Positions 26,901 to 39,102 of a stretch of 64,000 nucleotides of DNA are shown here, one piece after another. The number at the start of each line of letters is the position of its first letter. Within the stretch, counting starts at the first letter, position 1. Origin of the DNA: Chlorokybus atmophyticus (lineage: Eukaryota > Plantae > Mesostigma and Chlorokybus algae); the NCBI GenBank assembly GCA_009103225.1, contig RHPI01000277.1, forward strand, positions 207,297-271,296. The letters run 5' to 3'. Both the position numbers and the translations under genes were made by a program. The notes beneath the pieces were generated by a model. It saw nothing but the letters and a program-made list of their open reading frames with translations. It searched no databases and was not told where the DNA came from.

Positions 26901-27434
26901 TGTAACAGCACCACCGTCGCCGGTGATGCCCCTTCAATCCTCTACCCCAACACCCACACCGCCTATGACAAGCCTTTCAACGGCGTGGCCGCCACTGACC
27001 AGAGAACTGAAAGTCCCCACATCAAATTGATGTGACCTTTTATATCAAGAGTATATCAACTATATACCTCTCGATAATTAACTCACAACTAGACATCGAT
27101 TTCCTAACTACCCTACTAGGGTAGTTAGGAAATCTAGCGTGAGCCAATCACAGCTCAGATAACGTACCCATCGATAAGGTACCTATTCAAAGATACCTAT
27201 CGTAAGGTACCTAACGAGATAGTGATCACATTATATCAAATGTGACACTAAATAGGCTTGAATAAGCGGTTCTACACCCATTGGGACTTATGTAAGCTAT
27301 GATAAAGCATCATAGCCTTTAATAAGCGAGGAACCGTAGAAAAGAGGTATAAATAAGCATATTTAAATACGTATTCATACAAAATGTCTTATTTAGGTAG
27401 CAATAATACCCCTATTATTATTGCTCCCGTTACA
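26901..27434 (-). repeat. 3' LTR (534 bp) of chromovirus 2
   Basis: Direct repeat of 33396-33919; carries an 18+1+18 palindrome at 27098-27134. Confidence 0.96.
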
Positions 27435-27581
27435 TTCCCCCCCACTTTGGTTTTCAACGTCCTCGTTGAACTCAAGTTGATCAGGCTTGATTTCGAGTAA
27501 TTGTAACCAGTGAGATAGCAGGAAATGACAGGGTGGTAATGAAACTGCACTGCCAGTCTATCATAAAACCAAGCCCACAGT

Positions 27582-30500
27582 TTATGGGACATGACATGAA
27601 TCCCAATAAGCTTGAAGCAACTCGCGGCAGTGCGTAAGATGCCTGTCGGGCTCCCAACTGTTATGTTCCGGGCCATACCCTTTCCATTTCACCAAATAGC
27701 GAGTTGCGCGTCCTCGACCATTTAGCTTATGGTTCAATATAGCTTCCACCTCGTATTCGAGCTCGCTGTCCACCTCAACTGGCGGTGGTGGAGGCTGTGT
27801 TCTACCGTCTGAGCGGTAAGGTTTCAACAAGTTTACATGAAACACGTTGTGTACACGCACACTTGGGGGCAATTGCAGTCGATAAGCGTGCGTACCAACT
27901 CTATCAGTGATAGAGAAACGACCTAACCATCGGGGCAGCAACTTGCGAGCACCCGTACCTTTGATGGTTATGTTTTTTGCATTAAGCAAAACTTTATCGC
28001 CGACATCGAAAGTGGCCATTTTTCGATGTGTATCAGCATAAGCTTTTTGCCTGTCCTGTGCTTCTGACAGACACAGCTTGGCTCGAGCCAAATTTTCTTG
28101 CATATTAGTGGCAAATTCCTTTGCCGCTGGTACAGTCACGGCATGGCGAGGTACACGCAATGACGCTGGTGTGTTCGGGCGAATCCCATAATTCAAGAAA
28201 AATGGGGTTTCCTTTACACTTTCTTGCCACGCGTTGTTCACAGCGAACTCTGCCATTGGCAAGTACATGTCCCAATCTGCATGATTGGGAGCCACATAGT
28301 AGCGAAGCATTTCTTCCAGTATTTGATTTGCTCGCTCAGTTTGACCGTCCGTTTGCGGGTGGAAAGCAGTCGACATGCTTTGTTTTACCCCCAACAATTC
28401 ACAGACTTCTCGCCAAAACTTGGAGACAAAACGAGGATCACGATCTGTGACAAGTTCACGCGGTATACCGTGAACGCGAAAGACCGTGGACACAAATAAG
28501 TGTGCCAAGTCCCGTGCACTTACAGTTGTGCAACACGGGGCAAAATGCACCATTTTAGTCAAACGGTCGACAAAAACCACAATAGCAGTGTATTTAGCTG
28601 CTGTTTCAGGTAGGTCAGTAATCAAATCCATACTGACACTATCCCACTTTTGTGCTGGAATTGCCAATGGTTTAAGCAATCCCGCTTGTTTTTGTCGTAG
28701 TGGCTTATTACGTTGACACACGTCACATGTGCGAACATATTGATCCACGTCAGCTGACATTGACGGCCACCAGTATAACTGTTGCGCAGATTTGAGTGTT
28801 TTGTGTTTCCCCAAATGCCCAGCATACGGCGGATCATGCACTGAATGTAAGCATTGCTTACGCAAGTCGCCCGAGTTGGGAATTGCCAACTGCTCCCCTT
28901 TATACTACAGATTGCTAACAGCAGTAAGCTGTTGCAAGTTGGTTTGACTGCTAAACCAATCATCTGAGTTATAACCTGTGGACACTTCTTTTAAGAAAGG
29001 ATCTTCAGGCTGTTGTACATTACGCGTACTTCGAGAGCGCGTAAGTGCCAAAAGAGCAGGGCTGCGACTTAGTGGATCCGCCACATTGGTGCGACCCGGA
29101 CGGTATTGCCAAGTGAAAGTGAAACGAGAAATGAATTCATTCCACCTAGCTTGCCGCCTCGACAGATTTTGTTGCGTATGAAAGAATGTGAGCGGGTTGT
29201 GATCAGTAATCACTGAAAACTCCACCCCTTCCAAGTAGCAACGCCATGTGCGCAGCGCGTGCACCACCCCGAGCAATTCCTGCTCAGTGGTTGTGTAATT
29301 ACGTTCAGCAGGAATGAACTTTCTGCTTTCATATGCACATGGTCTGTCATCTTGTAGAAGGACTGCCCCACACCCAATGGTGGAAGCATCACTGATCACC
29401 ACAAAAGGCTTGGTGTGGTCGGGGAAGGCTAACACAGGGGCTTGTGTTAATGCATCTTTAATGCGTGTAAAGCAACCTCGTGTGCCTCCGTCCACACAAA
29501 TTTAACATCTTTTCTTAGTAAAGATGTTAAAGAATTTGCCATGCCAGAATTTGCTCGCATGAACTTGCGGAAATAATTGGCTAGCCCGAAGAAAGCACGT
29601 AACTGATGTACATCCTTGGGTGGCGGCCAATCCTTTACCGCACACACCTTTTGAGGATCTGGTTTCAATCCTTCTTTGCCAATCACATGCCCTAAAAAGG
29701 GTAGTTCATCCTTTGCAAAGTTGCATTTGGACAGGTTGGCATAGAATTTGTGTTCGCGTAACTTAGCTAGAACCAATTCCACATGTTTGTGGTGGTCCTC
29801 CCGGGTTTTGCTGAACACAATAATGTCATCTAGATATACCAGTACAAACTTGTACAATTCATCAGCAAATACCGCGTTCATTGCTGTTTGAAATGTAGCT
29901 GGTGCATTTGTTAACCCAAATGGTAACACTTTATACTCAAAGTGTTCTAGTGGGGTGCGAAATGCAATTTGTTGTATATCCGACGGGTGGATTTTGATTT
30001 GATGATAACCACTGGTCAAATCCAGCGTGCTGAACACTGTTGCACCTGACAGCTTATCAAAGAAATCATCAATCCGAGGCAAAGGGTATCTGTTTTTCAC
30101 AGTGACCTTGTTCAACGCACGGTAATCAATACACATGCGTAGCTTGCCATTCTTTTTGGGCACAAACAAAATTGGTGCACCAAAAGGAGATATGCTCTTT
30201 GTTATTAAACCTTTGTCCAATAACTCTTTGAGCTGTTTTTCCATCTCCGCGTGTTCTAAGGGACTTAGCCTGTATATAGGCCGCCAAGGTGGCTTTGCCC
30301 CCTCCTCTAACGGAATGGTATGATGTATGTTTCGATCGGGAGGCAACTCTGGGAGTTCATCCTGAAATACATCTGCATATTGTTCCGTAAGTGACTGCAC
30401 CACAGGGTCACTGATAGCCTGTTCAGCAGGTGTTTCCACCTGTCGTAAGTGCAGTAAGTATACTTCCTCACGTTTACGCATGCAACGTTTCAATTGCATA

Positions 30501-31310
30501 GCAGAGAGGAGCGGTACATTATCGCGAGGTATACATGCAAGTGCAGATGCTGTTAAAGTCATCCTACGTTTCCCTTTACGAAAGGTGCGTATTGGCTCGA
30601 GAGCCTAATTGTAAACCTGCTTCAGTGTGCCATTGTTCCCCTAAAACAACATTCACCCCGGGGATACTAATATCCACCACGATGAAGGCTGGTCGGGTTT
30701 TATGGCCATTAATAACAAAACGCCCTTTTACCTCTCCCATTGCATTGAGAGTGGAACCAGCAGCACGTACATACGACGTGACCGGTGTGAAAGGAATGTT
30801 ATTACGTTTCACCCAAGCATGTTCAACAAAGTTATGGTTTGCACCAGTATCAAGCAATGCTGTACATGGTGTACCCATCAGTTGACTCTCAAATCTCCAT
30901 TTGAGTGGCACTGAGTGACCATCAAATGTAGCTAATGTCGGAGTGCCGTGATTGGTAGCAGACTTGATAAAGATCACTTGCAACGGTCAAGCTCCTGTAT
31001 CTTTGCGTGAGAGTTGCACGATTACTTCTCCCCCTTTCAACAATCGCGACCACGGGCCATGATATTGAGGGATAACTACACATGCAGTGACAGCATGTTG
31101 TAATTGCAACTTGTGTAAGTGCTTAACAGCAGTTACTAATTCAGAGAATGGAACATTAATTAAAACACAACCGTTTGCATTTCTCAACACAGGTGGTGTG
31201 CTCATATTAGTTCATACATTTGATACATCACAAAGAGAGGAAACTTTATCAAGAAGTACAGAGTTTTTAAAGTCGTTCTGCTCAACTAAGCTACCAACCA
31301 CGAACAATTC
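27582..31310 (-). pseudogene. pol of chromovirus 2 (MTase-like module, protease, RT, RNase H, integrase, chromodomain)
   Basis: Protease ALLDTGANHNF; RT VLVYLDD; RNase H SDASTIGCGAVL; integrase HDPPYAGH...CDVCQ, TDRD, QTERANQ; chromodomain EYEVEAIL...YLVKWKGYGPEHNSWEP. Two frameshifts and three internal stops. Confidence 0.95.
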
Positions 31311-32477
31311 CTATTTCTTGTCTCTCTGCTGCTTGGCCTTCTGTGCATTCTGTTTTGCATAGCACTTAGCCTCCCCATGACCTGTCTTCTTGCAGAAACT
31401 GCAAGTGATGATGGATTTGGCCGCATTGTAGGGGCCAGCAGGATGAGATGGTTTCGCCTTTTTCACAAAAGGTTTGTTGTCAGTGGCCGGGCGCTTTGCA
31501 GCTGAAACCGGGGCTGCCTCTTTTGCCGTGGTTTGCATGTTGGCGTGAGAGCGCTTTACACTGTCCACAGCAGCAACCATCTGCATCAGCATTGGTAAAT
31601 CCGTCGAGGCCCACTCTTGCAAACTCGCGGGGTTGACGGCCACATGCTGCACGAGATCTGTGTCCAAGCCACGCCTGAACATATCCAGCTGATCAGCATC
31701 ACTGATAGGTAGTTTGCCAGCATTTATCTTGCTGACAAACAACTGAATATACTACTGAACCGGACGCCCGTTCTGACGCAGGTTGTGCAGCTGGTTGCGA
31801 GCAACCTGGGCAGGATCTGCGCCACCATAGCGCTGCTTCATGAAAAAGCACAACTGATTTACTTCCCGCCTGAGGTTTGTATCCCGTTGCTTACGGCGGT
31901 ACCACTCTGCCAGAGCATCGTTTGGGATCAGCAACTCAGCTACACGCAATTTCCCCTCCTCAGAAATGTGAAGGGAGTTGACATAGTGTCGCAACTTCAC
32001 AAGCCAGTCGAAGATGGCCGCTTGCTTGTTGGGAACAAACTCGGCAGGACGAGCAAGTGCTTGAACAGGTGGACCACCGTCAGCACGTTGCAGACGCTCA
32101 ATCATATTCAGAACACATTTGCCTTCACCCATCTGCCCCTCCCAATCTCGCCCCATAAAGGTGGTGAGCTTTAAAACTTTTTCTGCCAATAGGAAGAGAA
32201 AGTTCACGAATGAGACAATTGCCTCACGAGGGTCCTGATCATAGGTGCTAAGGAAATGCTCCATCAAGTCCTGCTGTGTCATGCGAATAGAAAACTCAGG
32301 GAATATAGAAGGTGATCTATCATCCACTGAAGCTTCCGCAGCTTTAGCAGCTTGAGACTCATCAGGTGCATCATCCGGATTCGGAATATCTTCCATGGAT
32401 GGAAATTCCTCCTCACGGGAAGGTTGCTCTTTTTCCGAGCTATCCCCTTTTGAGGTGGGCACCGAGTTTTCTTCCAT
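31311..32477 (-). pseudogene. gag of chromovirus 2 (one in-frame TAG at 31752-31754), CCHC knuckle
   Basis: ORFs 31752-32477 and 31311-31742 are in the same frame, separated by Q*YIQ. Knuckle CSFCKKTGHGEAKC. Confidence 0.9.
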
Positions 32478-33395
32478 TTGTCTGCAAAACAGGCAGAATG
32501 GGATGGTGAGAACCTCACCAATGGACCAGGTTCAGCGAGAGGATCAAAATGACCCCAAGTTGTAAAAGTCCCAAACAGAGTCCAAACCAGTCCCAAAATA
32601 GGAAAGGTTGGATCTGGAGTGTCACCAAACGGAACAAGTCTGAGTGGGACCAGAATGTCCTAACCCTGTGTTGTCCTCAACCAAGTCCCAATCTCCAGGC
32701 CGAAGCCAGAGGGGGAGGGTTTCAGACTAACAGGGTTTGGGAACAGATTGTCCAAAAACCTTCCCACAACTGTCCTAACCAAGTCCCGATCTCCAGGCCG
32801 AAACCAGAGGGGGAGGGTTTGGGAACAGTTTGGTTTGGAACTTACGGACCCGGGTCAAACGACCCGGCAAAGCCGCTGACAGGTCATAGGTACATCACAG
32901 GCATGCAACAGGCAAGCCGTACGGTGACTAACTGTGACATGCACTGGCAAGCACACAATGACAAGCAATCACCACATGCAATGACAGGCAATCACTACAA
33001 GCAATGGTAGTGCACTAAGTGTGACAAACAGTGATGGCACACTAGCAAGCCGCAATCACCGCATGCAATGACAGGCAATCACTGCAAGCAATGATAGTGC
33101 ACTGGCAAGCCACTGTGTGATGTGCATGAAAGTACACACGTGCACCTGGCAAGCACCTGGCAAGCAGCTGACAAGCAGGCAAGCAGGCAAGTCACCGACG
33201 TGTGATGGTACCTCACACGTGGAGAGGCCGCCTCTTTGATAGGTGGCTTCAACGTGGAGGTAGCGTAGGGAAGCGAACTTGAAGCTTGGGCTGCGTGGAC
33301 GAAAAAGAGGCCGCCGCCGACGCCTTCTCATTGGCCGAAAGCGGGTCGCCGCCTCCTATAAGTACCCACGTCACCCCCCAGCTTCTGGATACCAA

Positions 33396-33919
33396 TGTAA
33401 CAGCACCACCGTCGCCGGTGATGCCCTTTCAATCCTCTACCCCAACACCCACACCGCATATGACAAGCCTTTCAACGGCGTGGCCGCCACTGAGCAGAGA
33501 ACTGAAAGTCCCCACATCAGATTGATGTGACCTTTTATATCATGAGTATGTCAACTATATACCTCTCGATAATCAACTCACAACTAGACATCGACCCTAC
33601 AGATAGGGTAGTTAGGAAATCTAGCGTGAGCCAATCACAGCTCAGATACGGTACCTATCGATAAGGTACCTATCCAAAGATACCTATCGTAAGGTACCTA
33701 ACGAGATAGTGATCACATTACCGAATGTGACACTAAATAGGCTTGAATAAGCGGTTCTACACCCATTGGGACTTATTTAAGCTATGATAAAGCATCATAG
33801 CCTTTAATAAGCGAGGAACCGTAGAAAAGAGGTATAAATAAGCATATTTAAATACTTATTCATACAAAATGTGTTATTTAGGTAGCAATAATACCCCTAT
33901 TATTATTGCTCCCGTTACA
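33396..33919 (-). repeat. 5' LTR (524 bp) of chromovirus 2
   Basis: TGTAAC...GTTACA, adjacent to the PBS. Confidence 0.96.
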
Positions 33920-34352
33920 ACATACACACGAAGCGTGCACACAAGGCTTGCAAAAAAAAGTTTCATCCGAACCAACAACTTGTTAATTCCGCTGGCCTTT
34001 ATACCAGCCAAACTACACATGTCTACTTTAGCAAGCACCGCGTGAGCTATACTCAACAGATTGCCAATATGCAAGCTTAGCTGTCTAGCTTACAGCCAAA
34101 GCTTTCCAACCAGCTAAGCCACCTCCTAAGGCTTGGTATATGCAGAGTTCTCGCCGATCTCCCAAGGCGTTGGCTGCGTCAAGCTGCGCAAGCCTCATGA
34201 GCAAGTCCGGAGTCTCCTGCTTGGTCATACTCCGCGTAGTGGACACGATATTTGCTACAGACTTATGACTGATCGATATCAGCTCATACTAGTAGCAGTA
34301 TCTCTAAGACTCATGCCTTAGCCAATTTACAAGCTGACTGGGCTGAGCAGTG

Positions 34353-34472
34353 TGCAAGACATGCTCATGCTAACAGCACTGCCATTGTCTCGACCCTCCA
34401 AAGCGCAAGGTGCCGGTGGAAGCTTATTGGTGTGACGACTGTCGCATTAACGGTCCTCCGCACTCGCGCTAA
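34353..34472 (+). pseudogene. Orphan PHD-finger C-terminal half
   Basis: Manual translation of the frame starting at 34353: CKTCSC*QHCHCLDPPKRKVPVEAYWCDDCRINGPPHSR*, matching C-x2-C-x4-H-x2-C...W-C-x2-C. Not in the ORF track. Confidence 0.7.
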
Positions 34473-35173
34473 GCTGACCACTACTGCAGGCACTGCCTCC
34501 ATGCTCAAAGGGGGTGGCTTGTTGACTTACGCATATGGGCATGTACCCTAGTTATAAACACATGGTTACTTCACGCTACCATACGTAGCACTCCATGGTG
34601 CTTTGGCATTATGTTCCACAGTAGGGTAGGTATAGGTTCGTCCTCAGCTTGCAGATGTTGCCGACCGTAAGCATCATCTGTGCCTCGACAACATTCCAGC
34701 TTACACCCTCAACCGCCTGCTCCGGTCCGCTTTACCCGAGAGGACACCCGCCCCAACAATGCCCACCCATCTGCTTCCACAGGGACACGCATCCACAAAA
34801 CACGTGACCTTGCCCATGCATGTTACCATGCCATCACAAGGTAGTGCAATGCATATGCAAAGTGTGTAACAAGCATACAGGCTGGCCCACGCCCTTGGTG
34901 TTAAGCACGCACAACGACATGCACAACCACACTTGTCAAGTGGGGGTGCGTCTTGTCCAGTAAACGCGTACAGGACAAGGACATCTGCAGTTTGCAACAA
35001 TTGTTGCGAACTGCATGTCAATGAGCACACAAGCTGCAGTCTGTGTAGCATACTTCCATCCAGCAAACACATGGTCAATATTTGCTCTGGTAGTGGAAAT
35101 ATGTGGCATGCACAGCCACTGCCAGCGGGTTGCTGGCCTGGAAGTGGTGCTGCCTACAGTGTGTGTACACTAC

Positions 35174-37878
35174 TTACAGCAGTGTAATACTGACAATCTT
35201 CACATCAGTAAATGGCTTGTCGGTTTTCTTATCAACTTTAACCTTCTCGATAGCCTGCATGCCAGAAGTGAGTGTCAGAACAACTATTGAACGACCCCAT
35301 ACAACAAACTGATGCTACTGACCTGCACAATGTCCATGCCTTTGACCACACGGCCAAACACCGTATGCTTATTGTCCAACCATGGTGTCGGCACTGTGGT
35401 GAAAAAGAACTGGGAACCATTCGTGTTCGGGCCAGCATTCGCCATGCTGAGCACTCCCCCCCGGTCATGCCTTAGACTGCAGGCAAAAGGGTATTGAAAT
35501 TGGAGTGGCACACATCATGAAGAGCTGCAAAGCTGCAAAGACCCTCAACTACACGAAAACCAGCAAGGCTGCCTACCTGCGGTGGAACTCGTCTTCAAAC
35601 TCATGGCCCCAGATTGATGTGCCTCCAGTGCCATCACCCAAGGGATCACCGGTTTGTATCATGAAGCCTTTGATGACTCTATGAAAGATGAGGTTGTCGT
35701 AGTATCCATTGCGGCTGTACCGAACAGGAGACGCAATGTCAAATTTGGGTCTTCGCATCTGCACTGTTTTGATGACCATACACTTGCATGTCTCAACTAA
35801 CTCACCTGTGAACAGTGAAGTTCTCCACAGATCTGGGACATTCCACAGGATTGAGCTTTACCTGGATGTCACCCATGGTGGTGTGTAGAATCTGCGCAGA
35901 GCAACAACATCAGACACATGCAACAACCATGTGTACAGTACTTCACAGATTGAGACAGTAATCCTGAGGTCCTGAGGTCACGTACCGCCCCACTTGCAAG
36001 GTTGGCAGAAAGGGGCTGTGAGACCTCAGTGACTGCCATCAACTCCTCAGCTGTGGGTTTCTCATTGAAAACGTCTCGACCCTGTCATAAGAGAAAAGCC
36101 TTCGTACTCAGCAGTGAACACACGACGAGCAGTTGTCATGTCAGCAGTTGAACAATGTTCAACAATGGTTAGGCAGATGCTGCATCACCAACCTTATTGG
36201 CATCCTCGCCTTCAGCCTCATCCGGCTCTCTACGCCTGTACAGGCATGAAAATGTGAGCTAGACTTCATGACAAGCACCGCCCTACTCGAGTTGGGTGCT
36301 CCAGCTTGACAGGCGTGGATTGCTTACGTGAACAAGAAGAAGCGGTGCTTCTTATATGCACAACAAATTAAGGTTGGATCAGAGGAAATCTTCTTATCAG
36401 TACTTGCACCCGAGGCTGAACGGACCTGGCAAGCATACAAAGCAGTGTCATATATACAGATTGGTACAGTTGCAGCGAGCTGCAAAGGAGTGCGGTCTCA
36501 TCCAACCTTTGTGGGCTTCTTGTAACCCCCTTGAAACAACGCAACTCGCAGAAAACGCTCTGTATTCTCTACCTGCCCACATTACATACGTGACCCACAG
36601 GTGGTGGCGGCTGATGCATGCTGGCTGAAAGTACCACTAACCTTGCCCAATATCTTCACACAGCGATTTTCAAGCAAATTCACAACCTTGATTCTGTGGT
36701 CCAACATATGCACAATGATGAGCAATGCCCTTGTTTGTTTCACGACCAGTGCTGCACATGCATGATCGAATTTTGCTACCAGTAACAGTCAACTCACCCA
36801 AGATATGTTGGATATAGAATAAAGTTTCCACTCTCATCAAAAACAACATTGGGTGACACCGCCTCCTCAGAGGTCTCCATCTCTTTTTCCATGGCCATCC
36901 GGCGACCAAAATCTATGCTTTCTAGCGTGTACAATTCTGAACCGCTGCGCTGCAACTCGTGGGCAACCTACCAGCAGAGTTGATCAGCTGAGAGAACTTG
37001 GCCAAATCATGCCCACATCCAAATTGTACCCACCTCTAGCGACTCGTCATATGTACGCCTCAATTTCCCGGTGCCAAAAATGAAAACGCGAACGCGGCGG
37101 TCTGGGGAAACAGTAGCAAACTGCCGGCCATCAGCGCTGACCTGGAACGCAGAAAGCTGAGAACTGTGACACATAAACTTGACATACATGCCGGCCTCCC
37201 ACCAGCGTATCAGCAAATGCTCACCTCCAGAGCAGTGGCATGCGTTTTGGCTTTAGCTAGCGCAAATAAATCTGTATCCAACTTGAACTTGAACCTCACC
37301 CTGAGAGGTTTCACAGCAATTGTTGGTTCAGTGCAAAGCTCGACCACAAGCAATGGCAACTAAGACTCGGTGTGTGGTTACCTGTCTGATGGAAACTTGT
37401 AATCTGCTGATGACCAGTACTCCAACACACCATCCGCATGTGCTGAGACAACAGCCTCATGTGCCTTGTTGTAGCGCATAAGGACAACTGGGCTGTTGTG
37501 AACACTGAACATGTGCAAAGGCTCATTGCCATCCAATCTGGCGTCGTAGACGTGAATGTTCGGTGAGTCCTTCTCGGCAACCGCAAGCTTGGCCTGCGCC
37601 TCACCACGGCGGTATATCCATTCCACAGCACTTGCGACAAACTTGAGGCGCAGCATCAAAATCATGTCAAAATTGATAACGTCGTAGATCTTCACTGACT
37701 TGTCTTCTGCAATTGTGGCACAAAGGGTGCTGTCATGACTGATCTGCAAATCGGTCGGTCAGCTAAATTGCAAGCAACTATGCGAGCAAAGCTAAGGGCG
37801 GATAGAACTCCATGCTGCTGGACGGCATGACACCTTCTTCTCATTTTTTGGTAGCAACCTCTGCAGCCGCAGCTGCCA

Positions 37879-37928
<50 letters not shown>

Positions 37929-38992
37929 ATTGTCCTGACTACAAGATCGTGAACAATTTTTGGCTAGCAATCCGCATGCATCACAGCAAACTGGCACAGC
38001 GCATCGACGACCAATGCGCATGCATTGCATAACGCAGGGCATGTTCAAATTTTGTGCACATCGGTTGGATCTTTGAGTACTCGCCTCCTTGAGCTAACAG
38101 TCTCCCTCCCCCTACGTGCAATGCACCCTGACCATAACCAAGCTTCATAATAAATCCGTGACATACCGCAAGTCCTGTGATGGCGCCGACATGTGACTTG
38201 AAATGCTTTACGAACTCAATGCCAATCGGCTTCTTCTTCCAGAACTTCAGGTGTCCTGCACTGCTATGAATCATTCGCACAGAAATGTAACTGCACAGTT
38301 GCTGGTGCTATTCGTGCCTTGCACGAATAGCACGCAGCTTTGAGCATCTGCTCACCGTCTACACTGCCAGTGATAAAGAACTCCGTGGAGGCGACAGCTA
38401 CGTGTGACACCACGTCGCGATGCATGTAGCTTTTCTCATACCTGCATGCAACCATAAAGTAAGGTAATGTAGCAGCAATTGAGAAGGTAAACACTACACA
38501 AGTAATGTTCGAGTGGTTTGAGGATTAAACATGCATGCGTTCCTTATAACGGCCACAATAATATCTGACATTGCCAAGGGTAACCACACAGCAACACCAT
38601 TGCACACCATTGCAAAGCCAATGTGAACTATGACAAATGTTAATCAGGTGCCACATACACAATACCACATCCTCACAGAATCCTCGTATCGCATGACCGA
38701 AATGACACGCAACTAGCACCGACATTGCTGCGCAGGGGAGCGCCTCAAGGTACACTTGCTCAAACTCCAGGCGCTTATGTTTCTTAGCGGGCGGTGGAAG
38801 GGTTGGGCCAACCATGGCATCGTCGTCCTCATCCTGCTCATGTTTGACAATTGTAGCGGACTCTACCACCGCCTTCTCCGCATCCTCAGCAGAGGCCACC
38901 GCGTCAGCCTCCTCCTTCACCTCTCTCGGCCGCTTATCCCCCGGGGCGGGACCAACCAACTTCTCCTCATTATCCTCCTTATCTGCGGCCAT
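35174..38992 (-). CDS. CYP71: WD40-repeat cyclophilin (CYP71/PPWD1), multi-exon
   Basis: Exons [22 protein letters not shown]...[95 protein letters not shown]. Last exon [26 protein letters not shown] (stop 35174-35176). GT-AG introns. Confidence 0.95.
37881..37926. repeat. (AT)n microsatellite in a CYP71 intron
   Basis: 23 AT units. Confidence 0.95.
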
Positions 38993-39092
38993 GAGAGACT
39001 CCTAACAGACAAGCTCTTATCATACACCGGCCACCACCGCCGCCAACAGCAACCACCACAATGCCAACACAGCCATGCATATCACCGCCCCG

Positions 39093-39102
39093 AAACCCTA
39101 AA
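39093..39102. promoter_or_regulatory. Telo-box-like motif AAACCCTAAA in the CYP71/invertase divergent intergenic region
   Basis: Exact AAACCCTA ~100 bp upstream of the CYP71 ATG; function inferred from plant promoter telo-boxes. Confidence 0.35.

Larger units (their letters stand above)
26901..33919 (-). mobile_element. Full-length Ty3/gypsy chromovirus 2 (LTR-PBS-gag-extra module-PR-RT-RH-INT-chromodomain-PPT-LTR), few inactivating lesions
   Basis: LTRs 26901-27434 and 33396-33919 (TG...CA). 5-bp TSD ACATA at 26896-26900 and 33920-33924. PBS TGGTATCCAGAAGC (33381-33394, minus). PPT (reverse complement of TTCCCCCCCA) next to 27434. Confidence 0.97.

Noticed and set aside
27140-27230. Repeated GGTACCTA/GATACCTATC motifs as a CRISPR-like array
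   Set aside because: Irregular short LTR-internal repeats without constant repeat-spacer periodicity; eukaryotic context with no cas genes.
27582-32477. Stops at apparent Trp/Gln codons as evidence of RIP-like or special methylation-driven mutation
   Set aside because: Transition-generated stops can only arise from these few codons, and the count is too small to infer a mechanism.
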